Both the position numbers and the translations under genes were made by a program. Below are positions 26,936 to 27,790 of a stretch of 27,790 nucleotides of DNA, piece after piece. Source of the DNA: a virus (taxonomy: Duplodnaviria > Caudoviricetes); the IMG/VR virus record IMGVR_UViG_3300027373_000195, positions 1 to 27,790 of that record; one strand, given 5' to 3'. The notes beneath the pieces are model-generated. The model was given only the letters and a program-made list of their open reading frames with translations, had not been told where the DNA came from and made no database searches. Numbering within the stretch: position 1 is the first letter of the stretch; the number at the start of each line of letters is the position of its first letter.

Positions 26936-27294
26936 CGTCTCTGCATGCCCTCCATTCTCGCTGTGGCCAGGGTGATGGCCTTTGAGTTTTCCTTGACGAC
27001 CTCAAGCACGCTGTCGACCAGCGCCTGGGTCGCCCTTGCAAGTTTCTGGGTATCCTCAACCAGGATGACATTGTTGTCGTACTTCATCGCCATTTGGCTC
27101 GCGATCAGCTCCACCCTGGCCATCCCGTCCACCATGGTCCGCTCGAGGGACCGGATGGCGCGGATGCCGAGGATGACCGTCAAAAATCCCAACAGTGGGG
27201 GAATCAGCATGAAGATTGCCAGTAAGGCCCCCGCTCCCCATCCCCCCATCTCTTTGAGCAGGCCGATCAGGGCCACCGCCAAATTCACTTCCAT
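26932..27294 (-). CDS. Membrane-anchored hypothetical protein
   Basis: Hydrophobic N-terminal segment(s) followed by a coiled region; ATG at 27294 (alternative GTG at 27303). Confidence 0.65.
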   Translation of the reverse strand: MEVNLAVALIGLLKEMGGWGAGALLAIFMLIPPLLGFLTVILGIRAIRSLERTMVDGMARVELIASQMAMKYDNNVILVEDTQKLARATQALVDSVLEVVKENSKAITLATARMEGMQRR

Positions 27295-27512
27295 CCTCGC
27301 CACCCCTTTAATTGCCGTTCAAACCGCCGCTGGCATCCTATGCACCGAGTGCAGCCCGGGGCGGCCCGGCGTCGCGCTTCGGGGATATCGTCCCCGCAAT
27401 CCTCACACTCTTCCGCCGCATCGCCCTGGGGCATAGACTGTATCTGTAGCTGCAGGGCCAGTTGCTCGAACTGTTCCTGGTTGCGCTGGGCGATATCGAC
27501 ATCGTCCATCAA
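27285..27512 (-). CDS. TraR/DksA C4-type zinc-finger protein
   Basis: N-terminal DDVDIA (DxxDxA), CEDC...IPEARR...CIGC. Confidence 0.9.
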   Translation of the reverse strand: MMDDVDIAQRNQEQFEQLALQLQIQSMPQGDAAEECEDCGDDIPEARRRAAPGCTRCIGCQRRFERQLKGWRGWK

Positions 27513-27790
27513 TCGTTATGAGCCGGATCGGTTGCAGAGGGCCGGGGCCTGGGTATGTAGTCGCCGTGCTGGAGGGCCACAACTTTCCTGGCTCGATCCT
27601 TGGCCAGCTCCCTCGCCGCTGCGATCACGGCCGCCGATGCCGCTCCCTTCTCCACCTTGTGTCCGATGCCCACCAGGCCCAGGCCGATCAGGATGGCCTG
27701 GATGCCAAGATCGTCCTTGCCTTCGTAGACCAGGTAAAGGCCCAGCAGGCAGAGCCCACCGGCGGCCGCCCAGGTCTTCCAGCCTTTCAT
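27509..27790 (-). CDS. Small membrane protein, putative holin
   Basis: MKGWKTW, two hydrophobic segments, basic C-terminus; lysis-region position. The start is at the window edge, so no SD is visible. Confidence 0.55.
   Translation of the reverse strand: MKGWKTWAAAGGLCLLGLYLVYEGKDDLGIQAILIGLGLVGIGHKVEKGAASAAVIAAARELAKDRARKVVALQHGDYIPRPRPSATDPAHND

Larger units (their letters stand above)
4886..27790 (-). mobile_element. Mu-like transposable prophage (late region and right end); continues beyond the window
   Basis: Mu-type head gene order (gp28, gp29, F, G, I, T, gp35, gp36), co-oriented coupled genes, and a terminal TG followed by tandem transposase-type sites. Confidence 0.93.

Noticed and set aside
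1-27790. CRISPR array, rRNA or IS element
   Set aside because: No regularly spaced repeats, rRNA signatures or transposase ORF seen.

Overview
Bases 1-4885 are host DNA: a lutA/lldE lactate-utilisation gene (with the first codons of a coupled downstream gene, probably lutB) divergent from a large PAS/GAF hybrid sensor histidine kinase. From 4886 to the window end is the late half of a Mu-like transposable prophage, encoded on the minus strand. Gene order: holin-like protein, TraR/DksA zinc finger, two small genes, TerS, TerL (gp28), portal (gp29), MuF (gp30) with a C-terminal nuclease-like extension, gpG, protease/scaffold (gpI/Z), decoration protein, major capsid (gpT), gp35/36/37-like neck proteins, then a sheath-less tail (tube, frameshifted chaperones, 1830-aa tape measure, only one tip gene, fibre, fibre-associated protein). 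A D12/Dam-type adenine methyltransferase occupies the position of Mu mom, followed by a Mu-type right end. The most interesting signals are two compact, highly structured candidate RNAs on the plus strand, antisense to the late operon. One has a well-spaced sigma70 promoter and lies where the immunity gene of the MuF nuclease would be expected. The other is a tRNA-like cloverleaf where Mu has com, upstream of the methyltransferase. All family assignments come from motif recognition and synteny; no database searches were run.
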